Of a stretch of DNA of 64,000 bases, positions 9,737 to 20,747 are shown piece after piece. The number at the start of each line of letters is the position of its first letter. Position 1 is the first letter of the stretch. The translations under genes and the position numbers were made by a program. This stretch comes from an uncultured Acidobacteriota bacterium (GTDB taxonomy: Bacteria > Acidobacteriota > Blastocatellia > RBC074), in the NCBI GenBank assembly GCA_963796275.1, contig CAWCKY010000001.1:768001-832000 (forward strand). The letters are read 5' to 3'. The notes under the pieces are model-generated. The model was not told the origin of the DNA and made no database searches. It was given only the letters and a program-made list of their open reading frames with translations.

Positions 9737-11227
9737 ATGAATATGCCTAAATCGAGAATTCTGGTAATAGATGACGATATCAATGTCCTGGACCTGACGA
9801 GATTTCACCTCAGCAGGCACGGGACCGAGGCCACCACGGCCCAAAGCGGAGAAGATGCGCTCACATTGCTCTCTGAGAATCAGTACGATGTGGCGCTGAT
9901 AGACCTTAAACTGCCTGATATCGATGGGATTGATCTGGTCAGCCGCATCAAGGAGTTGTGGCCCGAGATCGAGATCATCGTGATTACCGGGTACAGCTCG
10001 GTGACCAAAGCCGTCGAAGCCACCAAGGCCGGCGCCTTTTATTTCGTCGAGAAACCTGTAAATTATGATGAATTATTGATCCTCATCGGCAAGGCGCTCG
10101 AACGTCGCGAGCAGACGACCGAGATCAAACAACTGCGCGGAAAACTGTCGGATAGAACCTCCTATTACAGTATCATCGGCAAGAGCAAGGCGATGCAGAA
10201 CATCTACGAGATCATCGACAGCGTCGCTCAGTCGGATGCGAACGTCCTGATAATGGGCGAATCGGGGACCGGTAAGGAGCTCGTCGCCAACGCCGTTCAC
10301 TACAAGAGCCTGCGGGGGAGGAAACCATTCGTCAAGATCAACTGCGCCGCTCTGCCTAAAGAATTGATTGAATCAGAGCTCTTCGGACATACCAAGGGAG
10401 CATTCACGGGCGCGGCCAAGGACAAGCAGGGATTGATCGGACAGGCGAACGGCGGCAGCCTTTTGATGGACGAGATCGGCGAGATGCCTTTGGGCCTGCA
10501 GCCGAAGCTGCTTCGCGTATTACAGGAGCGCGTCTATCTTCCACTGGGGAGCGATAAGCCGCAGGAGGTCGATTTCCGCCTGATCTGCGCCACCAACCTC
10601 AACCCGATCGAAGCAATCCGCAATGGTGCTTTGCGGGAAGACCTCTATTACCGGATTAATACCATCGAGATTCACGTGCCGCCCTTGCGCGAACGGGAAG
10701 AAGACGTGGAATACCTGGTCCAACATTTTATCCGCGTTTTCGCCGAGAAATATAATCGACCGATCCAGACGGCATCACAGGAGGCTTATGAGAAATTGTT
10801 CGCGTATAGCTGGCCCGGCAATGTCCGTGAATTACAGAATGTGGTCGAGCGCGCCGTCCTCATGACAAAAGGGACGACGATAGAGGGCAGTTCTTTGCCG
10901 CTCTCAAAAATCGTATTGAAGCCGGTCCAGGAGCAATCCAATTGGAGCCAATCGCACGGCTCAACTGCTGCCCCCTCGAACGGGCCTCAGCAGAAGGAAT
11001 TGGATTTCGACCAGCTATGCCGGCTGCTCGTCAGCCAGCTGACGCCTCCGGGCGTCGAAGGCGATTCTCAGAACATATTCGAAAAACTGGAAGGCGGCAT
11101 CGTTCAGGCAGCGCTTGAACGAACCAGAGGCAATAAGCAGGCGGCGGCCAATCTTCTCGGACTTTACCGGCCGCGTCTTTACAGCATCATCAAGAAACAC
11201 AACCTTTCTGATGCCGCTGGCACTTAA
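9737..11227 (+). CDS. NtrC-family sigma54-dependent response regulator
   Basis: Receiver domain, GESGTGKE Walker A, GAFTGA, WPGNVREL, Fis-type HTH. Confidence 0.95.
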   Translation: MNMPKSRILVIDDDINVLDLTRFHLSRHGTEATTAQSGEDALTLLSENQYDVALIDLKLPDIDGIDLVSRIKELWPEIEIIVITGYSSVTKAVEATKAGAFYFVEKPVNYDELLILIGKALERREQTTEIKQLRGKLSDRTSYYSIIGKSKAMQNIYEIIDSVAQSDANVLIMGESGTGKELVANAVHYKSLRGRKPFVKINCAALPKELIESELFGHTKGAFTGAAKDKQGLIGQANGGSLLMDEIGEMPLGLQPKLLRVLQERVYLPLGSDKPQEVDFRLICATNLNPIEAIRNGALREDLYYRINTIEIHVPPLREREEDVEYLVQHFIRVFAEKYNRPIQTASQEAYEKLFAYSWPGNVRELQNVVERAVLMTKGTTIEGSSLPLSKIVLKPVQEQSNWSQSHGSTAAPSNGPQQKELDFDQLCRLLVSQLTPPGVEGDSQNIFEKLEGGIVQAALERTRGNKQAAANLLGLYRPRLYSIIKKHNLSDAAGT

Positions 11228-11643
11228 TCGTAACCGAGCCAACTAAAGTTGATTGTGATCAAAAGATATTGAGCGGCCCCGGACGCCCCTTTATCTTTTG
11301 ATTGATGACAATATTCTTCACAAGTCCCCCGGAAGAATCGCTTGACCTCTGACGTACAATTGACCAGAGCGCGCGAGGCGCCGCGCGCCACCGGTGACCA
11401 ATTCATCTGCAATCTGTTGATGTAACTTACAATTGAGCCCCGTAGCGAGCATCGCACCGGCCCGGAGAGATCATAGATTACCGGGTAGCCCCGCATTCGC
11501 TGACTGTGTTAAGATATGTTGCTTTCATGAGACAAAAATTGGTGTCTAGATATTGGTGTCTATATAGTCGATATAAAGGTGTGGGAGCTCTTCAGCTCCC
11601 ACTCGTTTAAAGAGGAGCGCGTTAAAGAGGAGGAAGATCGTAG

Positions 11644-12772
11644 ATGCTGGATACATTTGCGTTATTAGAATTGCGCGAACGGAATGAGGAATTAAAGCGC
11701 CGCGTAGTCGAACTGAGGAGGTTTCTTTGACCCGGAAGCCAAGCGAGCCGAGCTGCGAAAGCTCGAAGAAGAGATAGCCAACCCCCATTTCTGGAACGAT
11801 CAAGAGAAAGCTCAGAAGATTTTACAACACCGCGCGCGGCTTGAGCGCGCCGTCGAGAAGGCCGAAAACCAGGCGCGGCTCGTGGATGATATCGAGGTGT
11901 TATTTGAATTCGCCGAAGCGGACGATGCCTCTGCTACTGAGTTGCTCGAATCGGTCGCGCGATTGACCGGAGAGGTCGAAGCGAGCGAAACGCAAATGCT
12001 GCTCGGCGGCGAAAATGATCAGCGCAACGCCATCGTCGCCATCAATGCGGGGGCCGGCGGCACCGATGCACAGGATTGGGCTGAGATGCTGCTGCGGATG
12101 TATCTGCGCTGGACTGAGAGGCGTGGCTTCAGGGTCGAGCTGATCGATACTCAACCCGGTGAAGAGGCCGGCATCAAATCCGCCACCTTTCGGGTCGAGG
12201 GAGAGTATGCTTACGGTCTGCTCTCGAGCGAAGTCGGGGTACATCGACTGGTGCGGCAATCGCCGTTCAATTCCGGCCAGAGCCGCGAGACAAGTTTCGC
12301 TTCTGTCTTCGTCACACCTGAAATAGACGAAGAGATCGAAGTCGATATCCTCGATAAAGACCTGCGGATCGATACGTATCGTTCGACCGGCGCAGGCGGA
12401 CAGCACATCAATACGACCGATTCTGCCGTGCGTATCACTCACGTCCCGACCGGAATCGTCGTCACTTGTCAGAATCAGCGTTCGCAGCATCAGAACCGTG
12501 AGGTCGCATTTAAGGTCTTACGGTCGCGGCTCTACGAACTCGAACTTGCCAAGAAGAGGGCTGAAACGGACCGGCTCGCCGAATCCAAGCGCGATATCTC
12601 TTTCGGCTCTCAGATACGCAACTACGTGCTACACCCATACCGCTTAGTCAAGGATGTGCGCACGAAACATGAAACGAGCGATGTTGACGCGGTGCTGGAC
12701 GGGGAGCTCGACGATTTCATCAAAGAATTTTTGATCTCGAAAAGAGGAGTTGCAGCGTATGGCAACCCGTAA
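11644..12772 (+). CDS. prfB: Peptide chain release factor 2 (programmed +1 frameshift)
   Basis: ATG 11644, 28 codons ending AGGAGG-TTT-CTT-TGA-C; +1 frame continues into ORF 11882..12772 with SPF and GGQ motifs. Confidence 0.97.
11716..11731 (+). other. prfB programmed frameshift signal
   Basis: Internal SD AGGAGG, 3-nt spacer, CTTTGAC. Confidence 0.95.
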
Positions 12773-15419
12773 ACCAGTAACATCCACCCCTGAGCGGCGC
12801 CGCAGCGCCTGGAATGACGGCCCCTGGAACGAGATTGCCGGAATTATCCTCATCGGGATAGGTTTGGTGGTCTTGATTGCGCTGCTGAGCTATACATCGA
12901 ACGATCCTTCCTGGAACACCACCGGGAAGAACCAGCCGGCGCACAACTTGATCGGGCCGGTCGGAGCGAACATCGCCGATATGCTTTTTCAGATGTTCGG
13001 TCTGGCCGCTCTTCTCGTTCCGTTCACCTTCGGTCTGGCGGGATTGTGGCAGTGGCAGGATGATCGCACTCAGCTCCATAAACCGAAAATACTCGGCATC
13101 ATTCTCATGATTATCTCGCTGACCGGCGCTTTGACGATGATCGGCTCGGATCGTCCGGACGATTATTATCTCGGTGGTTTTGTCGGGCGCTGGCTGCTAT
13201 ATGCGGATAAAATCGGATTATCCTACTTGCTCGGCCCGATGGGGGCGATCGTCGCCCTTCTCATCGCCTTTATCTCCGGCCTGGTCATCGCAACCGATTT
13301 TTCAATCATCGGAATAGTGATGCGCCGTGATCAGTACGACCGCGAACCGGGCATGTTCTCATTTCTCGGACAAAGGTTACGCAGTTGGCGACAGGAGCGA
13401 GACACTATTCGCGGGCAGAAAGAGACGGCTGACCAGCTCAAGGAAAAGCTGCAACAACGCCGGCGTATGCCTGTGATTGCGCGGCCGCCCGGGAACCAGA
13501 AAGATGAGATCAAGATCAAGACTATACCTTCTGCCGGGTCGAAAGGCGCGACGCGGGTGCGCGCGCAAGAACAGCAGTTACGGAACACGACCGAATATGA
13601 TGAAAATATAGCGGAAGACTTAACTCCCGCATTGTCCTCGCCATATGAAGACGACATCCCTCCGGCCGCACCTCCGAAGGTGAAAGCGACTCCAGCGAAC
13701 GGTTCAACTGCGCGTACGCAAGCGCGAATCGAGCGAAGGCCGGTTGAACCGGAACTCGACGATTCATACCTGGATGGCGATCTGCCGGCTGACGACACCG
13801 GTGACGTCCAATCGGCAGCGGCGGCGCGCACGGTTGACGAGATGATGGCGACCGCTTCCGTCAAACGAGCGGATACCAAGATGGATGAGCCGGAGAAGGT
13901 CTCGAAGGTCAAGAAGGTTGCCACAGTGATCACGCGGTTGGTGACGGATTACAAACTGCCTTCGACCGAGATGCTGACGCCGCCATCGCCACGTTCCGAG
14001 ATGGAAGAGACGGAACTCTTGGACCGCGCCCGTCAGCTGGCCGAGAAATGTGCGGAGTTCAACGTCTCGGGGCAGGTTAAACAGATCAGCCCTGGCCCGG
14101 TCGTGACGACCTTCGAGTTCAAGCCAGATCCGGGAGTTAAATACAGCCGCGTCACGAGCCTCGTCGACGACCTCTGCCTCGCGCTTCGAGCCGAATCCAT
14201 TCGCATCGATCGCATTCCCGGGAAATCTACGGTCGGCATCGAGGTCCCGAACTCGCAGCGTGAAACCATCCGATTGCGCGAGGTGATCGAATCGAAGAAG
14301 TTCCGCGAATCGGGATCGAAGCTCACGATCGCGCTGGGCAAAACCATCGATGGATCGAACTACGTGGCCGATCTGTCCAAGATGCCGCATCTATTGATCG
14401 CGGGCGCGACCGGCGCGGGCAAATCGGTCATGCTCAATGCGATTCTCATCTCGCTCCTGTACAAGGCGAATCCCAACGACGTTAAAATGATACTGGTCGA
14501 CCCGAAGCGCCTGGAGCTCGGACTTTATGTCGACATCCCGCATTTGCTGACCCCTATCGTCACCGATCCGAAGCGCGCCAGCTACGCGCTCAAATGGGCG
14601 GTCTCAGAGATGGAGACGCGCTATAAACATCTGGCCGCATTCGGCGTGCGCAATATTGAGCAATACAACAATGACGTCTGCGGGACGGTAGACCGTAAGA
14701 TGGCGGACGAGAGCGGCGAGTTACCGTCGCCCCTGCCTTACATCGTGGTGATCATCGACGAGCTCTCGGACCTCATGATGGTCTCGGCTCGTGACGTCGA
14801 AGAGAGCATCACGCGGCTCGCTCAAATGGCGCGTGCGGTCGGCATTCACCTCGTCCTTGCAACACAGCGTCCCTCGGTCGACGTCATCACGGGTCTGATC
14901 AAGGCCAACTTCCCGTCGCGTATTTCGTTCCGCGTTTCATCAAAGGTCGATTCGCGCACAATCATCGATACGAATGGGGCCGAAGCATTGCTCGGCTCGG
15001 GAGATATGCTCTTCCTTCCGCCCGGCACCTCACGCCTGGTGCGCGTGCACGGCGCATATATCGATGAAAAAGAGGTCAAGCGTATCGGCGATTTCGTGCG
15101 CTCGCAAGGCAAGCCCGCATACGATGATAAGGTCGTCATGAGCGAAAAAGAGGCGGATGGTGGGGAAGGAAGCGAGCTCGCAAAAGACGAGAAATATGAT
15201 GATGCCGTGCGAATCGTAGTCCAGAGCGGGAAAGCCTCGACCTCGCTCCTGCAGCGCCACCTGCGAATCGGCTATGGCCGCGCGGCTTCAATGATAGATA
15301 TGATGTACCGCGAGGGCATCGTCGGCCCTGAGGATGGGAGCAAGCCGCGGCAGGTTTTGGTTAAAGCGGATTTTCTTGAACGTCTCAATCAAATTCGTGA
15401 AGAAGAGAATATCAGATGA
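12759..15419 (+). CDS. ftsK: DNA translocase FtsK
   Basis: N-terminal TM region, linker, HLLIAGATGAGKS, LATQRPSVDVITG, gamma domain LQRHLRIGYGRAA. Confidence 0.96.
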   Translation: MATRKPVTSTPERRRSAWNDGPWNEIAGIILIGIGLVVLIALLSYTSNDPSWNTTGKNQPAHNLIGPVGANIADMLFQMFGLAALLVPFTFGLAGLWQWQDDRTQLHKPKILGIILMIISLTGALTMIGSDRPDDYYLGGFVGRWLLYADKIGLSYLLGPMGAIVALLIAFISGLVIATDFSIIGIVMRRDQYDREPGMFSFLGQRLRSWRQERDTIRGQKETADQLKEKLQQRRRMPVIARPPGNQKDEIKIKTIPSAGSKGATRVRAQEQQLRNTTEYDENIAEDLTPALSSPYEDDIPPAAPPKVKATPANGSTARTQARIERRPVEPELDDSYLDGDLPADDTGDVQSAAAARTVDEMMATASVKRADTKMDEPEKVSKVKKVATVITRLVTDYKLPSTEMLTPPSPRSEMEETELLDRARQLAEKCAEFNVSGQVKQISPGPVVTTFEFKPDPGVKYSRVTSLVDDLCLALRAESIRIDRIPGKSTVGIEVPNSQRETIRLREVIESKKFRESGSKLTIALGKTIDGSNYVADLSKMPHLLIAGATGAGKSVMLNAILISLLYKANPNDVKMILVDPKRLELGLYVDIPHLLTPIVTDPKRASYALKWAVSEMETRYKHLAAFGVRNIEQYNNDVCGTVDRKMADESGELPSPLPYIVVIIDELSDLMMVSARDVEESITRLAQMARAVGIHLVLATQRPSVDVITGLIKANFPSRISFRVSSKVDSRTIIDTNGAEALLGSGDMLFLPPGTSRLVRVHGAYIDEKEVKRIGDFVRSQGKPAYDDKVVMSEKEADGGEGSELAKDEKYDDAVRIVVQSGKASTSLLQRHLRIGYGRAASMIDMMYREGIVGPEDGSKPRQVLVKADFLERLNQIREEENIR

Positions 15420-16051
15420 AGCTCCAACTGGCACTGGACACTCCAGACCTGGCTCATGAGCTTGAATTGGCCGGGAAAGTTGCGGCCCATGTCGATCTGA
15501 TCGAGGCCGGGACTCCATTGTTGATTCGCGAAGGTATCAGGGCCGTGCGCGAGTTACGGCGGCGTCATCGCGGTCGCCCGATCGTCGCGGATATCAAGGT
15601 AATCGATGCCGGTGAGCCGATTGCGGAATTGGCGTTCGCGGCCGGAGCCAATGTCGTCACAGTGCTCGGATGCGCCACAGATGAGGTTATCGAGAGAGTG
15701 GTACGCTCGGCTAAACGATATGACGGCCATGTCATGGCTGACAGTCTAAGCGTCGAGAATATCACGGAGAGGGCTCAACAATTGAGTCAGTTGGGCGTCG
15801 ATTCGCTCTGCATCAACAGGCGCGGGATAAAAAAAGTCAGAAATCGCGAGGAAAGAATCAGCCAGATCGGAGAATTGATCGAAGGGATCGAACTCCCGAT
15901 CTACCTGGCCGGCGGCATCGACATCACGGAACTGACGCTCCTCCGCGACCTTCCTCTCGCAGGCGTAATCATCGGAGCAGCTATAGCAGAAGCAGCATCT
16001 CCGCTCGATGCGGCAAAGAAGATGCGAGCAGTACTGGATTGGAAGAGATGA
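15416..16051 (+). CDS. 3-hexulose-6-phosphate synthase / KGPDC-like (OMPDC superfamily) protein
   Basis: MKLQLALD, IEAGTPL, ADIKVIDAG (DxKxxD), LAGGI; ATGA overlap with ftsK. Confidence 0.8.
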   Translation: MKLQLALDTPDLAHELELAGKVAAHVDLIEAGTPLLIREGIRAVRELRRRHRGRPIVADIKVIDAGEPIAELAFAAGANVVTVLGCATDEVIERVVRSAKRYDGHVMADSLSVENITERAQQLSQLGVDSLCINRRGIKKVRNREERISQIGELIEGIELPIYLAGGIDITELTLLRDLPLAGVIIGAAIAEAASPLDAAKKMRAVLDWKR

Positions 16052-16321
16052 GCCGTATCTGAAGAAATACAAAAAAGGCGTATACACGTAAGAACCTGTA
16101 GATATGGGGTTTTTTCGTTTATTCCGCTGAAATAGTTTATTTCAACTTACGATTTACAAACTTCGTATGATTATAGAGTTACTAGAGACAAAGAGCTGAT
16201 GTTATATCTATCTTAAATCTTCAGATGTACAAATCAAGTTGAGTAAGATATTTTTCAACGCTGTAGTGAGAAGGTATACTTTTCTTCTTATAACAGAGTT
16301 CAGTTTGATAGGTAATTATAT

Positions 16322-16939
16322 ATGTTTCGCTTGTTGCCTAGGGAAGAGAAGTACTTCGATCTTTTCAATCGCGTCGCACAGCAGCTTAATATCTGCGCAC
16401 AGCTGCAGCAGAAATTGTTCGATGATTTCGATAATCGCGTCGAGTATGCGAATCAGATCAAAGATATCGAGCACATATGCGATGAGCTCACTCATGACAT
16501 AGTTAAACGCCTCAACAAAACCTTCATCACGCCTATTGATCGGGAAGACATTCACGCTCTGGCGACTGGATTGGATGACGTGGTCGACGCCATTGAATAT
16601 ACGGCGCGGCGCGTCGTTTTGTATCATCTGGAAGAACCTACCGAGCACACGCGCAAGATGAGCGACGTCCTGGTTCGGCTGGCACTCAAGCTGGAAGACG
16701 CGGTCAACGCGCTCGAACATGATGGCCAGCGAGTGCTTCAGATTTGCACGGTAATTCACACGCTCGAGGAAGAGGGCGACACTTACCACCACGATGCCGT
16801 CGACAAGCTCTTCGCCCATGAACGAGACCCGATAACCATCCTCAAAACAAAAGAGATTTACGAAAAGTTGGAACGCACGATCGATAAATGCGAAGACGTT
16901 GCCAACGTCCTCGAGACCATCGTGCTTAAGAATGCATAG
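16322..16939 (+). CDS. DUF47 / PhoU-like phosphate transport regulator
   Basis: EHICDELTH...TFITPIDREDI...LDDVVD signature; adjacent to PiT. Confidence 0.9.
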   Translation: MFRLLPREEKYFDLFNRVAQQLNICAQLQQKLFDDFDNRVEYANQIKDIEHICDELTHDIVKRLNKTFITPIDREDIHALATGLDDVVDAIEYTARRVVLYHLEEPTEHTRKMSDVLVRLALKLEDAVNALEHDGQRVLQICTVIHTLEEEGDTYHHDAVDKLFAHERDPITILKTKEIYEKLERTIDKCEDVANVLETIVLKNA

Positions 16940-16941
16940 TT

Positions 16942-17952
16942 ATGTCTACGACGTTTGCGCTTGTTTCGCTGATCATCGTCGTCGCTCTGATCTTCGATTA
17001 CACCAATGGGTTTCATGACGCCGCCAACTCGATAGCGACCGTGGTATCGACCAGAGTGCTGACGCCGGGCCGGGCAGTAATGATGGCGGCCTTCTTCAAT
17101 TTCGTCGCAGCCTTCACATTCGGAACGGGAGTGGCGAAAACCGTCGGTAAGGGTTTGGTTGACCTCAATCTGGTCAACGAATGGGTGATCTTGGCCGGGG
17201 TGCTGGGCGCGATCGCCTGGAACATCATCACGTGGTACCTCGGCTTGCCGACCAGTTCGTCTCATGCGCTGGTCGGAGGTTACGCCGGGGCGGCAGTGGT
17301 GAAATCAGGGTTCGCCGCCCTCGTCTGGACTAAATGGCCGGATGGATGGGCCGGGACGCTTTCATTCATGATCCTCTCTCCGATCATCGGGCTTATTCTC
17401 GGGACTAGTCTTATGGTCGCGGTCGCCTGGACCTTCCGCAATTTTGCGCCATCGAGAGTGGACCGGCTCTTCCGCATCCTGCAATTGATGTCAGCATCGG
17501 TCTATAGCCTCGCACACGGGCTCAATGACGCTCAGAAGACGATGGGGATCATGTTCGCCGCGCTGGTTACCGGTAATTTCCTCGGTCAAACGGCAGAGAT
17601 CCCGATCTGGGTCATCCTCTCGGCGCACGCCGCAATCGCGCTCGGCACGCTTTCAGGCGGTTGGAGGATCGTCAAAACAATGGGAACGAAGATAACGAAG
17701 CTCAAGCCCGTCGGCGGATTCTGTGCAGAGACTGGCGGCGCTATTTCGATACTTATGGTCTCAGCTCTGGGGATTCCAGTGTCGACCACGCAGACAATCA
17801 CCGGGGCCATCATCGGTGTGGGGTCGACTTCGAGATTATCCGCCGTGAGGTGGGGGGTTGCGGGGCGAGTGCTCTGGGCATGGGTCCTTACTATCCCTAT
17901 GTCTGCTCTTATCTCGGCAATTATTTACGGCATTATCTCGATTTTCATGTAA
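16942..17952 (+). CDS. pit: Inorganic phosphate transporter (PiT family)
   Basis: NGFHDAANSIAT, GLPTSSSH, HGLNDAQKTMG, PVSTT motifs. Confidence 0.93.
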   Translation: MSTTFALVSLIIVVALIFDYTNGFHDAANSIATVVSTRVLTPGRAVMMAAFFNFVAAFTFGTGVAKTVGKGLVDLNLVNEWVILAGVLGAIAWNIITWYLGLPTSSSHALVGGYAGAAVVKSGFAALVWTKWPDGWAGTLSFMILSPIIGLILGTSLMVAVAWTFRNFAPSRVDRLFRILQLMSASVYSLAHGLNDAQKTMGIMFAALVTGNFLGQTAEIPIWVILSAHAAIALGTLSGGWRIVKTMGTKITKLKPVGGFCAETGGAISILMVSALGIPVSTTQTITGAIIGVGSTSRLSAVRWGVAGRVLWAWVLTIPMSALISAIIYGIISIFM

Positions 17953-18080
17953 AGCGTGCGGCGCCTGCCGATGGCTAAAACCGCGACCGCGGGGCGCTCA
18001 ACGGCGGCGCCGAATCGAGTCTCTCAAACTCACTATACATTTTCCTTCAGCACGCAAACATACTTCAGGATTTTTAACGC

Positions 18081-20651
18081 TCACTGTTTTTCCACTACCG
18101 GTTCATTGGGATAAAGTATTTGATAGGCGGCGTAATAGTTCATTACTTTGAAAACGTAATCCTTCGTCTGCTTCTTCAACACTTCGATCACAAAGCGATC
18201 GATATCCTGACTCCCCGAACGCGCCCGCCATCGCCGCACTGAATCCTCGCTGCCGTTATAAGCCGCAGCGGCTGCCTGCGGCGAGCCGAATTCATCGAGA
18301 AGGTTTTTCAGATACTGGGAACCGAAAAGTATTGCGACATCGGGATCATAGAGATCGTTCTGTTCGAAATCGTTGAGCTTAAGCTGCTCGGCGATCTGGT
18401 TCGCCGTCGAACTTATGAACTGCATCATACCTCGTGCGGCCGCATAACTTTTGACACCCGGTTCGTAACGGCTCTCCTGCCTCACGATAGAGAGCACGAA
18501 CCGCGGATCGACGCCGCGCCCCTGTGCCTGCCGGGCGAGGCTATGACGGTATGGGTATGGGTAAAAGACCTCTGCCCAATCGCGGGGCAATAATTCGAGT
18601 CGGTAGTCCGCCGGCAGTGAATTCAAGATCGGCTCTGAATATTCGATGGTTTTATTCGCGCAATTCCCCCGAGCACATAGGAGCGCGAGCGACGGCCTGG
18701 GCGGTTGGGTCTGAGCGAGTTCCGAGGCTCCTTCGTCATAGAGACCGAGAAAGAGCAATTCTGCGGCGATCGTCTGATGGCTGTTCCCATTCGCAGGAGC
18801 TGTCCCCGCATCTAGCGGGAAAGCCCTTCCGGCATTCGTTATTGTGATATTCTGTAACTGATATCCGCGCAGCTCGCCATATGCTGCACGCAAAACTTTC
18901 AGCATCTCTTCGCGCGCCTTGTCGTTGAGGTCTAGCCTCAGGGCCTGGTGGGCGGCATTTTTTGCGGCGGCAGGGTCGCCGTTCGCATGCGCAATGCGCG
19001 CGTCAGCCAGAAACCGGTCGCGACGCTTATTGACCATGTTTCTGGCCCGCGTATCAAAGGTCAGCTTCCGCAACCGCTCGGTTGCGCGCCGGCTGTAATA
19101 TCCGGCAGCACCGTTTCCCCGGTTAGCTCCGTCGCGCACTTCAACGAGCGAGAGATATTCGGTGATCGCCCCGTCCATTTGCCCGAGCTTTTCCAGGCAG
19201 TAACCGCGCATAAACGTGACTTCAGACGCACTGGTCGATGCGGTGAGTCCTCGCGCATTGAGGTTCTTCGAACGAAGCGCGGTGAAATCGGCGAGGGCCG
19301 ACGCAAAATTTTCCTGCGCCAATCGGATATTCGCCTGTTTGAAGAGAGCCGTGACGCTAAAAAACTGGGCCTGGAGGTTCGTTTGGGCACGGGCCGCCCA
19401 CTTCAGCGCATCCGCCGGACGACCCGCCGACCGCAGAGTGTCGATCGCGTTGAGATACGCATAACCCACAAAATCGCTTTTGGGGTAGGCTTTTAGAAAT
19501 TCCTCGTATCGCGCGATTGCGCGGTCCGCATCATTGAGATACTGATAACAGTGACCGATGTAATAGAAACCTTCTTCGCCTTCATCCGTCTGGGGCAACT
19601 CTTGATGGACCTGGCGGTACCATTTGATGGCATCGATGTACTGGTAATCGAGGAAATAACCGCGGCCAAGCTGAAACAGAATCTCCGCGCGCCCGGCGCT
19701 GGCGGGAAAGTCCCTGGCGAGAACCAGCCAGTGATTGCGCGCTTCGGAGAATTGGCGATTGAATTGGTAGACGCGGGCTCGGCGCAATCGCTCGGCTTCG
19801 GTAAGGACAATCATCGGCTGCCCGGGCTGCCCCGATTGCCCCGTTTGATTGTTCAGCCGGTCGAGCCCCCTGACTGCCCTGAGCGAGGCATCATCCAATG
19901 AGCCGTTCGATAGTACCGCTTCGAATGAGAGGCGCGCAGGGGCGGCTTGACCGAGCGCAAGCTGAGCATCGCCGATCATCGCCGTCGCATCGCGGCGAGG
20001 ACCGCCCAACAAGCGTAGGGTATCGATAGCCGCACGGTAGTTCGCTGTTTTAAAGTAACTCTCGCTCAATCGTTCGATGGCCCGTTCCCGCAGCAAATGA
20101 TCGCTGAATTGCGAGATGAATTTCTGAAGCAGCTGCTGTTCTTCAGGGGGATGGCTCGTCGCGCGCTCGATCTCAGCCTGATGCCAGAGCGCATATCCGC
20201 TAAGAGGCGAGTTGCGCGAGATAACATTCTTGAACATTGAACTCGCTTCAGCATTCGCTTCTCGCCATTTCAACAGACGCGCGAGGAGATAATCATAATT
20301 ATTACGGGCAAATGCGTCTCCGGAAAGGCTCATCATCCTGCCGAGAATTTGTTCGGCGGCACGATAGTCGCCACGATCCATGACAGCCATTAAGAGTTTA
20401 TGCTGCTGGGGAGATATTTGAGTCTTTGTTGTGGATACGGGAATTGAAAGGAAGACGAAACAGAAGATAAAAATTAAGGATCTGTACTGAGAGCGAGTAT
20501 TCGCCGCGGCAGAGCATAAATCGCGGATGTTTAGTAGCAGTGGGATAAATATATTCTCAATAATTATCTCGCCGCGTCTCCTCCGCGGTCTCTGCTTCTC
20601 CTCGGTCAATCGACATTTATCGACTCGCTCATTCCGAACGGATTCGCGCAT
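18081..20651 (-). CDS. TPR-containing soluble lytic transglycosylase (true start uncertain, likely downstream of 20651)
   Basis: Multiple TPRs; C-terminal SLT motifs RQES, ARGMMQF, AAYNG, TKDYV. Confidence 0.88.
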   Translation of the reverse strand: MRESVRNERVDKCRLTEEKQRPRRRRGEIIIENIFIPLLLNIRDLCSAAANTRSQYRSLIFIFCFVFLSIPVSTTKTQISPQQHKLLMAVMDRGDYRAAEQILGRMMSLSGDAFARNNYDYLLARLLKWREANAEASSMFKNVISRNSPLSGYALWHQAEIERATSHPPEEQQLLQKFISQFSDHLLRERAIERLSESYFKTANYRAAIDTLRLLGGPRRDATAMIGDAQLALGQAAPARLSFEAVLSNGSLDDASLRAVRGLDRLNNQTGQSGQPGQPMIVLTEAERLRRARVYQFNRQFSEARNHWLVLARDFPASAGRAEILFQLGRGYFLDYQYIDAIKWYRQVHQELPQTDEGEEGFYYIGHCYQYLNDADRAIARYEEFLKAYPKSDFVGYAYLNAIDTLRSAGRPADALKWAARAQTNLQAQFFSVTALFKQANIRLAQENFASALADFTALRSKNLNARGLTASTSASEVTFMRGYCLEKLGQMDGAITEYLSLVEVRDGANRGNGAAGYYSRRATERLRKLTFDTRARNMVNKRRDRFLADARIAHANGDPAAAKNAAHQALRLDLNDKAREEMLKVLRAAYGELRGYQLQNITITNAGRAFPLDAGTAPANGNSHQTIAAELLFLGLYDEGASELAQTQPPRPSLALLCARGNCANKTIEYSEPILNSLPADYRLELLPRDWAEVFYPYPYRHSLARQAQGRGVDPRFVLSIVRQESRYEPGVKSYAAARGMMQFISSTANQIAEQLKLNDFEQNDLYDPDVAILFGSQYLKNLLDEFGSPQAAAAAYNGSEDSVRRWRARSGSQDIDRFVIEVLKKQTKDYVFKVMNYYAAYQILYPNEPVVEKQ

Positions 20652-20747
20652 ATCCTTATTTTTACCTCAACTTGTCGCTCTCAACCTTTTTGTCTACACT
20701 ATGGTTTCGCGTACACGTGCCCAAATTTCAACATAACGCTGTATCTT

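Noticed and set aside
11725-11731. In-frame TGA in prfB as pseudogene or selenocysteine
   Set aside because: It is the well-known RF2 autoregulatory frameshift.
16190-16240. Pho box upstream of DUF47-pit
   Set aside because: Only a weak 11-bp periodicity in very AT-rich DNA; not distinguishable from chance.
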